From a virus (taxonomy: Duplodnaviria > Caudoviricetes): DNA of 64,000 nt. The position numbers and the translations under genes are program-made. Under the pieces are notes generated by a model, which saw only the letters and a program-made list of their open reading frames with translations, did no database searches and was not told where the DNA came from. The stretch covers positions 64,001 through 128,000 of the IMG/VR virus record IMGVR_UViG_3300014204_000116, one strand, 5' to 3'. This document shows, one piece after another, positions 37,059 to 46,594 of the stretch; within the stretch, counting starts at the first letter, position 1, and each line of letters starts with the position of its first letter.

Positions 37059-37328
37059 ATGACAATACTACAAGCATTTTACCAGGTCATGTGGTGCATA
37101 CTGGTTGCACTCCCGTTTCTTTTGCCAGCCGCAGGCATCGTGTGGGGATTTTGCATAATTATTGAGGGCATAACCCGCCCAGGCCTGGTCAGGATTATGC
37201 TAGGGTGCGCCCTTGTGGCCATCATGCTCATCGCTATGACTACGCTAATCCACTGGTCTACCTCGTGCGGCATTGATTTTACCAGTTACTCGACTTGGAA
37301 AGAAACAACAACTTTGGGCGTTCGTTAG
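37059..37328 (+). CDS. Small membrane protein
   Basis: Two hydrophobic segments. Confidence 0.6.
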   Translation: MTILQAFYQVMWCILVALPFLLPAAGIVWGFCIIIEGITRPGLVRIMLGCALVAIMLIAMTTLIHWSTSCGIDFTSYSTWKETTTLGVR

Positions 37329-37339
37329 GAGATTAGACT

Positions 37340-38275
37340 ATGATGAAGAATGTTTTACAGCCCTGGGTGTGGGAATTGACACTCATGCAACAATCGGTTC
37401 TTATCGCTGCTGTCCGTGGGCCGGATGGCTTGCGTAAAGACCATTCCTCAAAGCTTCTGTGCCGATGGCTTCGGAGGAGTTTCATGCTCTCGGCTTTTGA
37501 TGGCAAGGCGCTGAATGCCCCGGATCTCGCGGGCGGTGGAAGTTTTACGGGGCCAAGCCTGGCGATTCAGGACTATGGCTTGCCGTGTATCGCCAAAGCC
37601 AAACAAACAGGCGTGCCCGTATGGCATGTCGCGATGATGATCCAGGTGCAGAAATATCTGAAGCTTGTGGATGAGATGCCCCACCACTTTCAACTGCATT
37701 TTATGCACGCCGCAGAAATCCTGGGGTACAAGCACCCTGACTGGGATATCCGCAAATTCTGGAAGGAAACCTACCTGATGATTGTGAACGACGCCCATTT
37801 GCGCCCCGAGCCCGAGGCCGACATGGACCAGCGCTTGGGCGACAGCGAAAGCCAGTGGCGTAGCGCTGAAATAGTTACGGCTGATCCTCCTGCGAAAGTG
37901 GGAATATGCCAGGACGAAAAGGAACAGGCTGAAATGGTTGGAAGAGCGCTACTTGAGAAAACGCGAGCCGCGACGGAGTCGCTCAAGAGGGAACGGATCG
38001 TGGCGGAGCTGCGTGAGAAAAAGGAAACGGTGCAACCCACCCAGCCCTGGTGGATGGCGAAAGTGGCAGAGGGTGAGGATTTCATCATTGTTGAGGCTGT
38101 TTGTGACCGGTTCATCGTCGTTGGCTTTCGCAAGGACAGCCCGAGGTTTAATTACCTGGGTGATTATTCCTCAATGGGGACCGCTTGTGGGGCGGTGGAT
38201 CGCCTATACAATAAAGTGCGTGAGATAAGCGTTACGGAATCTTACGCGGAACTGGGAGCATCCCGCCACGTATGA
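37340..38275 (+). CDS. Conserved-type phage hypothetical protein
   Basis: VLQPWV...QQSVLIAAVRGPDG...PHHFQLHFMHAAEILGYKHP; resembles a phage family, from memory only. Confidence 0.7.
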   Translation: MMKNVLQPWVWELTLMQQSVLIAAVRGPDGLRKDHSSKLLCRWLRRSFMLSAFDGKALNAPDLAGGGSFTGPSLAIQDYGLPCIAKAKQTGVPVWHVAMMIQVQKYLKLVDEMPHHFQLHFMHAAEILGYKHPDWDIRKFWKETYLMIVNDAHLRPEPEADMDQRLGDSESQWRSAEIVTADPPAKVGICQDEKEQAEMVGRALLEKTRAATESLKRERIVAELREKKETVQPTQPWWMAKVAEGEDFIIVEAVCDRFIVVGFRKDSPRFNYLGDYSSMGTACGAVDRLYNKVREISVTESYAELGASRHV

Positions 38276-38577
38276 AATGGATCATTGCCCTCCTCGCTGT
38301 GGCCCTGCTCGCTGGCTGTGCGTCGGACGGCAACTGGGGTGTAATGAACAACACTCGTTACACCCTTCAGGTTGTCCAGGATGGCGCGCCGGTCGCCCGC
38401 GTCGAGCCCGGCGAAACGGTTGTCCTGAAAAAGCGGGTATGGGTGCGTTATTCCAGCGTGTGCGTGTCGGCATACCAGCAGAATTTGTACATGGGAGGCA
38501 ACTCTTACACGTTCTATTGGGAGAGAGCCTACATGTGGCAGGTTGACAACGTTAACAGACCAGGAGATGTGAGATGA
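38272..38577 (+). CDS. Lipoprotein
   Basis: Signal peptide with lipobox LAGC. Confidence 0.7.
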   Translation: MKWIIALLAVALLAGCASDGNWGVMNNTRYTLQVVQDGAPVARVEPGETVVLKKRVWVRYSSVCVSAYQQNLYMGGNSYTFYWERAYMWQVDNVNRPGDVR

Positions 38578-39281
38578 ACATTATAGAAGAAATATCCAAG
38601 TTAGACAGTGAAGATTTAATTGAGGTTAGACGCGAAAAACCGGGAGGGAAATTCATCGTATCCATCATAACTGGGTATTACAAGGGATCGATTACCAGTG
38701 ACGTGATCGGGACCGCCGATACCACCATAGCGGGAATATCCCTGGCCAGTAAGCGCTATCACGGGAATAGGCCCAGGTGTATTCATGCTACGACAGACTA
38801 CGCTATGGTTGCTTTCAAAACTGCGCCTATTAATAAGTACCTGTGCCACGTCTATTACGAGGGCGGCAATGGCCATAATGGCCGACATATTTATGCAGAG
38901 AACCCCAACGAGGCATTCAGGCTTCTGCTTCATGAGATCACTGATGACGTGGAGCCGGGGAAAAAGGACAATCCCCGCTACCCACGTAAGCAGATAGACT
39001 CCATCCTCATCGAGGCATATCGCCCACTTTTACCCGGTCAACACCCTGATACGCCCCGATTAGTTTATGCGGTGCTGTCCGGTAAAGCCAAGCGCAGCGA
39101 TGGTGCTGTCGTGTGGGAATCTCAGACTATTTCCGAAGACGGTGCACCGGATGGCGCGTGGGCCGAGGCATTCGCTAAATCCCAATGTGGCGACTCTGCC
39201 GGAATGAAGGCGGTTACAACTGGTGTAACCACATTCGGATTCACGGGCACGATGGTTCCCAGTAATGATCCTCGATCATAA
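38574..39281 (+). CDS. Hypothetical protein
   Basis: 235-aa ORF, ATGA overlap with the previous gene. Confidence 0.65.
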   Translation: MNIIEEISKLDSEDLIEVRREKPGGKFIVSIITGYYKGSITSDVIGTADTTIAGISLASKRYHGNRPRCIHATTDYAMVAFKTAPINKYLCHVYYEGGNGHNGRHIYAENPNEAFRLLLHEITDDVEPGKKDNPRYPRKQIDSILIEAYRPLLPGQHPDTPRLVYAVLSGKAKRSDGAVVWESQTISEDGAPDGAWAEAFAKSQCGDSAGMKAVTTGVTTFGFTGTMVPSNDPRS

Positions 39282-39311
39282 TGATCCCCGAGCATAACAA
39301 CTGATTTTTGT

Positions 39312-39890
39312 ATGAGGTCCAAGGACAAGTCATCACGAGGCGCAGAAGGCCTGCGGATCTTGCACAAGACTTCTGACGGTGAAGGCAGCGCGCGGAGGCG
39401 CAAGAAATCTCTTGCGCGCGTCCCGTCGATATCGTTTAACGAACTGGTCGAGGCCACCTACCAGGCTGCTAGCCAGGAAAAGGCGGGGTGGAAAACGCTG
39501 GCGGTCGAGAAGACTGTCAGTGCGTCAGGACACGTCAGGCGCAAGGCGGTCAATTACACCCGAGACACCAAGTCAAGGCTGCTGCCTAAGCTGACCGGCA
39601 GGGATGGACCCCTATTCATCCTTAACCGGGCTCTGGGTCTGTCAGAGATTAACCAGGGCCTGCTGAAGATCAACTCTGGGGATCTCGGGTTTGAAGGAAT
39701 ACCCTGTACTGTGCACTTGCCCCAGGTCAACCAAACGATAGAGACGCTTATTAAGCCAGAGTATCGCTTTACCAAGGGATTCAGAAATTCACCGCATCTT
39801 GCTGCCGCAGTTTCCGGCAAAAAGCGCATGATGATGACAGAGCTTGGCTCAGACGACGACAAACCCCAGCTTCAGATCACATTCTACTGA
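39312..39890 (+). CDS. Basic hypothetical protein
   Basis: 192-aa K/R-rich ORF. Confidence 0.6.
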   Translation: MRSKDKSSRGAEGLRILHKTSDGEGSARRRKKSLARVPSISFNELVEATYQAASQEKAGWKTLAVEKTVSASGHVRRKAVNYTRDTKSRLLPKLTGRDGPLFILNRALGLSEINQGLLKINSGDLGFEGIPCTVHLPQVNQTIETLIKPEYRFTKGFRNSPHLAAAVSGKKRMMMTELGSDDDKPQLQITFY

Positions 39891-40072
39891 CAAAAATATG
39901 GAGCGGCACAAGACCGAATATATGACGTGGTATGAAATTCTGTGGTGCAGGCTAACACACCGTAAATACCACCAGGACTACTCGGCGGAAGGCCACACTC
40001 ATTATTGGCGCTGCCACCAGTGCAATCGGCACTTCACTACTTGTCCTCGCATAAAAAATATAAAATAAGTTG

Positions 40073-40101
40073 TTGCATTCTCCCGGCTGTTGTGCAATAA
40101 T
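40073..40101 (+). promoter_or_regulatory. Sigma70-type promoter TTGCAT-N17-AATAAT
   Basis: Extended -10 TG, A-rich upstream; ATG 40113 11 nt downstream. Confidence 0.55.
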
Positions 40102-40112
40102 CGGGCACGATT

Positions 40113-41966
40113 ATGGAATACTCATATGTCATAGGCCCGAATCCTTACGATAACGCGATGGCCTGGCGGCAGAAAGGAAACGGCATTTGGAACACCAAAG
40201 CCGACTGTTTGCAGTCCGCTCTCGAAGCCATTTTCGACTCCATGTCAGTTCCTGCGGAACTCACAGGTCGCCACTACGGCCAACCATTCGTGGAGGGTGT
40301 CAGCCTTCCACTCCCAGACGAAGAGGTAATCCAAGTGTGGAGCACAGATCCTGTGGCTACCGCTAATCGTGCCAAGATGGAAGCATCAGGATGGGATCAT
40401 ATCCCGCACTGGGATGACAAATCCATGACAATAGGTGGGTTGCATTGCGAAATTCCTGTCACGGATATTGAAAAGTATCTGCGCCCCAAGCACCATCTGC
40501 TGACCGGTGCAAGTAGCGAGGATTCTGCGAAAGCGGTCAGCTCTATCGGAGCAAATGTTCAGGAATTTGCAGTGCATAAGCACGAACTGATGGCTCAGGT
40601 CACAGATCAGCAGTGGGCTGTAACTGTGCAGCAGTGGGAGCTTGAAAGAGTTCAAGAAAAGCTCGCGAATCAAATAGCTGAAGTGCGCGAGAAAATGCAC
40701 ATGGCAGATACCTATCTCCATGGCATCAAGAGCAAGGTGCAGCTCTTCCGGGGTGAGCGGGGCACAGGTCCGTATCATGTCTACCAGCAGCGCCAGTTTC
40801 TCAACCGGGAGGTCGGCCTCCTGGCCAACTTGACCAAGTTTGATTTCCAGAACATGGAGCAGCTCGATGAGTGGCTCGTGAAAGAGGGCAGGTTGTTTAA
40901 GATGCTCCCGTTTGAACGCACGATCCTGGTGACGCGCATTCGTGACACTGAAAAGAACTACGGTAACGCGTTTTCCAATTACTATTTCAACATCGAGAAC
41001 AGGGTTAGTGTCATCTGGATTCGCGACGGCAAAAACGTCTACAGGGTCAACGTGGATATCGACTTCGACAACTGCGTGTTTCCCAGTGGGGATGAGTCCG
41101 ATAAGATGATCCGTTACGTTGTGAATTACGTCTTTGATGAGATCTACAAACGTCGCACGACGGATAGCTTGGATCGGCCAATCTCTAAGGAGCCCGAGGG
41201 CCAGATCAAAAAGAATGCACTCGAAGAGGAATTCCCCTACAATACCCACACCAAGTTTCCGGCGCGCTTCAGATGTGTCGAGGAGTGGATGGATTCAGAA
41301 GATTACACGACGAAGCTGTCTGTGGAAATTGCCAAGTCGTGCAACGCCTATCTTACACAGGCCAACCGCCGCAGGATGAAGTTCGTGCTCCTGCTCCAGG
41401 GAATTGTGGATACGACTGATTTTCTGGATATTCCAAAGGGCGCAAATCTCTTCGATTCGCAGGTGGCTGCCACATACTTCACGCTGCTGAACGATTACAC
41501 TCATGCGCTGCCGGATGGCTACGCACGGGATCTAATCGCAGCAGTTACTGAAGCTGGCCAGCTTCGCATCGGGGATACCATTATCGCGTATGATGCCGAC
41601 TTCGAAGAAGATCCCGATCAACATCACAGGTTAATGAGCCGTAGGTCTACGCAATGGCGATTTTACAAAATCGTCAGCCTGAAGGACGGCATAAAGGTCA
41701 TGCACCACTTTCGTGCCAAACGCTGGCCCAATCTTCCCGTCAAGGTGCAAAAGATGGTGACCGTTGGGAAGCAGCCATTCATTCGTGCCAACATTACCCA
41801 GGACATGGTCAACATGCTCCTGGATGACCGTGAATGGAAGCTGAACAATTCCGAAATTGTTCCCCTGCTGGCACAGTGGCCATACGTGCAGGAACAGTAC
41901 AAAGACGCTGTTAATTTTACCCCTTTAAAACTCAAAACCCCGGAAGGAGACGACTATGCCAGCTAA
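40113..41966 (+). CDS. Large hypothetical protein with a coiled-coil segment
   Basis: 617-aa ORF; heptad-like region QQWELERVQEKLANQIAEVREKM. Confidence 0.8.
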   Translation: MEYSYVIGPNPYDNAMAWRQKGNGIWNTKADCLQSALEAIFDSMSVPAELTGRHYGQPFVEGVSLPLPDEEVIQVWSTDPVATANRAKMEASGWDHIPHWDDKSMTIGGLHCEIPVTDIEKYLRPKHHLLTGASSEDSAKAVSSIGANVQEFAVHKHELMAQVTDQQWAVTVQQWELERVQEKLANQIAEVREKMHMADTYLHGIKSKVQLFRGERGTGPYHVYQQRQFLNREVGLLANLTKFDFQNMEQLDEWLVKEGRLFKMLPFERTILVTRIRDTEKNYGNAFSNYYFNIENRVSVIWIRDGKNVYRVNVDIDFDNCVFPSGDESDKMIRYVVNYVFDEIYKRRTTDSLDRPISKEPEGQIKKNALEEEFPYNTHTKFPARFRCVEEWMDSEDYTTKLSVEIAKSCNAYLTQANRRRMKFVLLLQGIVDTTDFLDIPKGANLFDSQVAATYFTLLNDYTHALPDGYARDLIAAVTEAGQLRIGDTIIAYDADFEEDPDQHHRLMSRRSTQWRFYKIVSLKDGIKVMHHFRAKRWPNLPVKVQKMVTVGKQPFIRANITQDMVNMLLDDREWKLNNSEIVPLLAQWPYVQEQYKDAVNFTPLKLKTPEGDDYAS

Positions 41967-42705
41967 TCAAGCCCTTGTTAAGTCTGAGAGTGAGAGCGTG
42001 GACGCGTTCTTCAACTGCACGCCAGTTATCACTGATTGGGAGTGGGTATATGCCAACCTGGACAAGGTCAGGATCGCTGACCTGATCGACACCATCAAGT
42101 CCATGGAACCGCTCAAGGTCGGTGATCAGAACGAGCATGTTATCTGGATACAGCAGCAGACGCTGCGCCTGGCTCTGCGCCACAACGCTGACTTGCCGCT
42201 CAAGGGTCATACGTGCCCGACGTGTGGCAAGAACCTGGCAGATCCAGTTTTAGAGCAGTGCCTGCCTTGTGCCGAGTGGGAACGCCAGATGCCCTACGTG
42301 GGAGGCCGAGGAAGTTGCTCCTATTTCGCCCCCAAGTACGATGTGGATTCGCACACCTGGGGAATTATCTACTACATGGGACACCACGACACCAGCCTTT
42401 TGACGTGGGTTGCCAAGGGTTTTAACAGCCGGACTACAGCCTGGTTAGCCCTGTATCCTCTTAAGCTGTATGGCAAATGGCTGGAGCGCCGGTACCTGGG
42501 TGTGGGCAATTTCTACAGCGTGTACTGCGAAATGGTGGATGTGTCCTACCTCGTGAAGAATAAAGATAAGATTCCATTTGACCCGGCTGCCTTCGAAGTA
42601 TACCTTCGTAACTCCATCGCGGAGCACATGCAGCAAAACCACGATATCCTGAGTTGGACAACCCGAAACGCAGTCAGAGACTATGCACGCCAAAACAATT
42701 CTTAG
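41956..42705 (+). CDS. Hypothetical protein with a zinc ribbon
   Basis: CPTCGK...CLPC. Confidence 0.7.
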   Translation: MPANQALVKSESESVDAFFNCTPVITDWEWVYANLDKVRIADLIDTIKSMEPLKVGDQNEHVIWIQQQTLRLALRHNADLPLKGHTCPTCGKNLADPVLEQCLPCAEWERQMPYVGGRGSCSYFAPKYDVDSHTWGIIYYMGHHDTSLLTWVAKGFNSRTTAWLALYPLKLYGKWLERRYLGVGNFYSVYCEMVDVSYLVKNKDKIPFDPAAFEVYLRNSIAEHMQQNHDILSWTTRNAVRDYARQNNS

Positions 42706-43360
42706 TCTGCTCATCGCCGCCGCGCTGATCGGCTGCACGTTACCCAAGAATGCAGCCGTGACCCGGCCTAAAGCGACGACAGCGGTGAGAGCCCACATAA
42801 TAGTATCTCCGCCGTCTGCCCCCGGATCAGGCGAATTAATGTCTACGAAAACATTGGCAGCCACACCGGCCTATACCCTGCCTACGCCTGCCGATGTCGT
42901 GATGGAACTGAGGGGTACTAATCTCGTGCTATCCTGGCCCATTAGCATGTCGAATTACTCCGTAATATACAGCCCGCACGCCTATGCTGATCTGCGGATG
43001 TGGTCTATATTACCTCGTGAAGGAAGCACCGTGACTCCGAACGATACGCGTCTCTCGGTAGTGATTACGAATAGTTTTCCACGGTGCCTTTTCGCCCTCG
43101 TTAAGCCGATACCTGGCTATATTACGCTGTATTGGAGCTACGATTTTGAGGCGTGCCCGGAGGTCACTTCTTTTGTTCTCTATCAGGGAAGCAAAAGTCG
43201 CTGCTATACGAATACGATGCTTTTAGACTATAAGTGCCAGTGGTGTCAGATCCCCGTGCTCAGCGATACAAACTATTACGCGCTTACAGCCCGGAGCGGG
43301 TCAGGCCTTGAGAGTAACTATTCGGAAGAAGCCTGCTATGTCGCGTCAACAAACAAGTAG
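42683..43360 (+). CDS. Lipoprotein with a C-terminal fibronectin type III-like domain
   Basis: Lipobox LIGC; ITLYWS...FVLYQGSKSRCYTN...YYALTARSGSGLESNYSEE. Confidence 0.7.
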   Translation: MHAKTILSLLIAAALIGCTLPKNAAVTRPKATTAVRAHIIVSPPSAPGSGELMSTKTLAATPAYTLPTPADVVMELRGTNLVLSWPISMSNYSVIYSPHAYADLRMWSILPREGSTVTPNDTRLSVVITNSFPRCLFALVKPIPGYITLYWSYDFEACPEVTSFVLYQGSKSRCYTNTMLLDYKCQWCQIPVLSDTNYYALTARSGSGLESNYSEEACYVASTNK

Positions 43361-43537
43361 AATTAAACCTGGGGAGGTCGCCTGTGCAATGTGCAAGAAA
43401 GTGCACCTACGGCGCACCGGGGTTGCTAACGTAAAAGCCCCAATCTGCCAGGAGTGTGCAGATCGTTATGCAGGGATCACAGACGATAATACCCCTAAGG
43501 ATAAGGTAAGAGTAAAAATCGGTAACTGGAAATAACT

Positions 43538-44332
43538 ATGAATACGACTAATGCCAAAAATCCTGATGTGTCGCAGCCGAATGAATCAAGCGCCGAATTT
43601 CATCCGTCCTACGGCATGGTTCAGGTGTCTCGCTTTCAGGGCAACAACGTGCAGTCTTTTTTCGGGTCATCTACCCGCCAATTTTCGGGTATCACCCTCA
43701 CCATTCGGCGGGCCTCCAGACGTTACCACGATGGCAGCGAATGGTATACGGGTGAACACGAACTGATTGAAGTCCTTCTTACCGAAAGTCAGTTTATCCA
43801 GATGATAGCGTCAATGGGCCAAGGGAGCGGGGCTCCCTGCACAATTTCGGATGTTAACCTGGAGGAGCTGAAAAAGATCGTAGTAAGTGGCAGCTCACAT
43901 CCGCGCGTGCCTGCGTGCCCTGCGTGCGCAAAGAACAGCCTTCGGGGGCGTATCGAAAATGAATTTAGCCACGCCATGGCGGAGGTTAGTAAGGCTGTTT
44001 CCAAGCTTATGGGGCAGGCTGAAGCACTCCAGGGTAAGCCGACAATAAACAGGGCTGATCGTGCTGTTTTCCTAAACACAGCTCAGGATATACGGCGAAA
44101 AATTGACGATTACATCCCGTATATCCAAAGCCAATTCAGTGCAGCGTTGGACAGCACGCTCTCCAACGTTAAGGCAGATCTCCAGGGATACGTGGAAGCG
44201 CTGGTGCACGACGCTGGGATTGAGGCACTCCGACCTTCAATAGATCAGGCCGTCCCTAACCTGGATGAGATGGGTGCATCAAATCCCGAACTGGGGCCTA
44301 GCGCTGGCCAGGTGATTACAACCAAGGGGTAA
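43538..44332 (+). CDS. Hypothetical phage protein
   Basis: HPSYGMVQVSR...FFGS...IEVLLTESQF...GQGSGAPCTI and a helical C-terminus. Confidence 0.75.
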   Translation: MNTTNAKNPDVSQPNESSAEFHPSYGMVQVSRFQGNNVQSFFGSSTRQFSGITLTIRRASRRYHDGSEWYTGEHELIEVLLTESQFIQMIASMGQGSGAPCTISDVNLEELKKIVVSGSSHPRVPACPACAKNSLRGRIENEFSHAMAEVSKAVSKLMGQAEALQGKPTINRADRAVFLNTAQDIRRKIDDYIPYIQSQFSAALDSTLSNVKADLQGYVEALVHDAGIEALRPSIDQAVPNLDEMGASNPELGPSAGQVITTKG

Positions 44333-44508
44333 GCTTATGGAGCTGAAGTGTGAAAAATGTGGCAAGGTGGCTACGTTTAATTCCGAAAAAGAGGCGTTCA
44401 ATGCGGGGTGGGACTTCAAGCCCATGTGCCCGGTTACGACGTGTAGCGAGTGCCCGTCTGCACCGCTGCTATTTCCAGCCGAAGACAATGACAAACGAAA
44501 GGATGAGC

Positions 44509-44868
44509 ATGAGTGAGGAAATGAAGGATCAAGAAGTGGTGCGTGGACCAACAAATACCGCGTCCTCCATCGAGGATATGAGCGAGATTGCGGAGGCATT
44601 CAAATTCAACTACGTGCCAGACAAAGAGCAGGTCGAAGCGTGTTCTTACCTGGGGCACCTGGCAAAGCTTCTGGCAAAGGAAATCGGGCGGGTTGTGCCC
44701 GATGGCAAGCACCGGGTTGTGGCCATTAACAATGTTCTCGGGGCAGTTCTGTGGGCACACCAGGGTATTTTGTCCCAGCGCAAGGTAGAGTTTGTGGCGG
44801 TAGGCCCCACGCCTTGCTGCGAGCGCGACCGGGATAAGGATGGCAATTGCGACCGGCATCCGGCGTGA
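44509..44868 (+). CDS. Acb2/Tad1-like helical hairpin protein (possible nucleotide-signal sponge), divergent
   Basis: FNYVPDKEQ...AKLLAKEI...VPDGKHRVVAINNVLGAVLWAHQGI follows the F-x-Y..P..AK.LA..I...P..R...A...L..A..WA...I pattern; start uncertain (44488-44509). Confidence 0.5.
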   Translation: MSEEMKDQEVVRGPTNTASSIEDMSEIAEAFKFNYVPDKEQVEACSYLGHLAKLLAKEIGRVVPDGKHRVVAINNVLGAVLWAHQGILSQRKVEFVAVGPTPCCERDRDKDGNCDRHPA

Positions 44869-44992
44869 AATCTATCCCAAGAATTTTGGAAAGCGTGTGG
44901 GTGCCGATAGCCGTGGGGGTAGTGCTCCTCATCGTTTGGTTAGTGGAGTGCTATTGGCTTCAGCGCCCACCTTCCTACAAACGAGAGGAAAA

Positions 44993-45520
44993 ATGAAGAC
45001 GGGTCTGCTAACAATTTTACTTATGGGGCTGATTATTATTCCATCCGGGTGCACGACTACGAATCGTGGATTTAACAACCCAATCGACAATTTTGACAAG
45101 GTAGACGACAAAGTGTTGCGGGGTGCCCAGCCAAACGTGATCGGCTTGGGAAATCTCAAGGCCGAAGGCGTAACCGATATCGTGTGCTTGCGCGAGGAGG
45201 ACTACTGGCAGAAAGAACCTGCCCTTTGTGCAGACCTGGGTATCGAGTTTCATCACATTCCGCTGAACCCCATGCGGGCACCGGCCCAGGAAACCGTAAA
45301 GGAAGTTCTCAAAGTCATTAAGAATGCCAAGGGAAAGGTATTCATCCATTGCCAGTTTGGGTGTGATCGAACGGGTGTGGTCGTCGCAATTTATCGCATC
45401 GTGAATGGAGAGAAAAATAAAGTGGCTCTCGACGATGCCATGAAGCATGGTATGTCCTCCTGGGAGATCGGCATGCAGGAGCTTATTAAACATGCAAAAC
45501 CAGAGAACTTTACTGAATGA
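44993..45520 (+). CDS. Cys-based (Cx5R) tyrosine/dual-specificity phosphatase with a lipoprotein-like signal
   Basis: VFIHCQFGCDRTG, VLRGAQP; N-terminal MKTGLLTILLMGLIIIPSGC. Confidence 0.88.
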   Translation: MKTGLLTILLMGLIIIPSGCTTTNRGFNNPIDNFDKVDDKVLRGAQPNVIGLGNLKAEGVTDIVCLREEDYWQKEPALCADLGIEFHHIPLNPMRAPAQETVKEVLKVIKNAKGKVFIHCQFGCDRTGVVVAIYRIVNGEKNKVALDDAMKHGMSSWEIGMQELIKHAKPENFTE

Positions 45521-45834
45521 ACCCCCTAATTGCACATCCGCTTATGAACGTAACTAAAACTGTAGGTAACACGTCGGCGCAGGACACTAAGGCCAATGTC
45601 GCCGACGTAAAGATTGTCGGCGACGGCGATATGTTTCAACTGCTCTGCAAGGCCAGCAGCAAATGCGAAGGGTGGATGAAATCCACAAAGGCCATGGAAA
45701 TCCCTGGCGTGGGATGCGTCGTGCAGGTCACTACGCAGCAGGGGAGGCATGTGGCCGAAGCCGTTACATTTGTCCCCGGTGTCGTCATTACTGTGGATGC
45801 AAACGGTGTCCGAAGGCTGGTTAAGGCGGAGTAG
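45517..45834 (+). CDS. Conserved-type phage hypothetical protein
   Basis: KASSKCEGWMKSTKAMEIPGVGCVVQVTTQQ...AEAVTFVPGV. Confidence 0.75.
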   Translation: MNPLIAHPLMNVTKTVGNTSAQDTKANVADVKIVGDGDMFQLLCKASSKCEGWMKSTKAMEIPGVGCVVQVTTQQGRHVAEAVTFVPGVVITVDANGVRRLVKAE

Positions 45835-45856
45835 CACTACGTGGCATTACGCCGTG

Positions 45857-45885
45857 TTGACAACCTGTAGCATGTTTGATAAATT
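45857..45885 (+). promoter_or_regulatory. Sigma70-type promoter TTGACA-N17-TAAATT
   Basis: Extended -10 TG; ATG 45893 7 nt downstream. Confidence 0.7.
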
Positions 45886-45892
45886 ACCCAGT

Positions 45893-46594
45893 ATGAATCC
45901 GTCGCGAATAACAACTCCGTTAGACAAGCAGATCGATGAGTGGTGGTTCAAGTACATGGACCGGCCACTCAAATGGCGCGTTTTTCTTCATCGAACGCGT
46001 GACATTGAGAGGGAAAATCACGGCAAATTTGAGTCGCACTTCTACGCTGTGCCAGATCCAAAAAGCCTGAAAAAGCTTGAGCTGGATACCTTTCCTACAG
46101 AGCGCATCGAGGCCCCAACTTTCGAGGAATTGCGCGCTAAGGTCACAGCACTTATCAACTCTTGGCTCAACGCAACGTGGGAGAAGGTCATTGTCGTATT
46201 CCTGGAAGAGTCCAGGGCGTGGCCGAATCTGGACAATACACGTATGATCAATGATCACAACGTCGTGAAGTTTGACTTTGTCGTGTGCCACAGGTCCAGA
46301 GACGGGCAGTTTTGGAAGAAGCCTGAAAACACCTATGTTTCTCGGAGAATTGGCGATATGATCTGCACGACAGGGGAAACGGGGTCATTCCAGGCGCTCG
46401 TCTATTCCGAGGAGTTGCTAGCGTCTCTCAACGGCCTCAGCGAAAAGCTTAAAGTTTTGGCGTGCGGATTGCGCGAGCTGGTATTTAAACGGCCTGAAGA
46501 TTTCATACGGTGGTTCAGTGGCCCTATTCAGCTTCTGCCTACGGCCACAGTCGCATTCACTGCTCCACCCGTATCTACACCCGCATCCACATGA
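45893..46594 (+). CDS. Hypothetical protein
   Basis: Start placed from promoter spacing (MNPSRITT). Confidence 0.7.
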   Translation: MNPSRITTPLDKQIDEWWFKYMDRPLKWRVFLHRTRDIERENHGKFESHFYAVPDPKSLKKLELDTFPTERIEAPTFEELRAKVTALINSWLNATWEKVIVVFLEESRAWPNLDNTRMINDHNVVKFDFVVCHRSRDGQFWKKPENTYVSRRIGDMICTTGETGSFQALVYSEELLASLNGLSEKLKVLACGLRELVFKRPEDFIRWFSGPIQLLPTATVAFTAPPVSTPAST

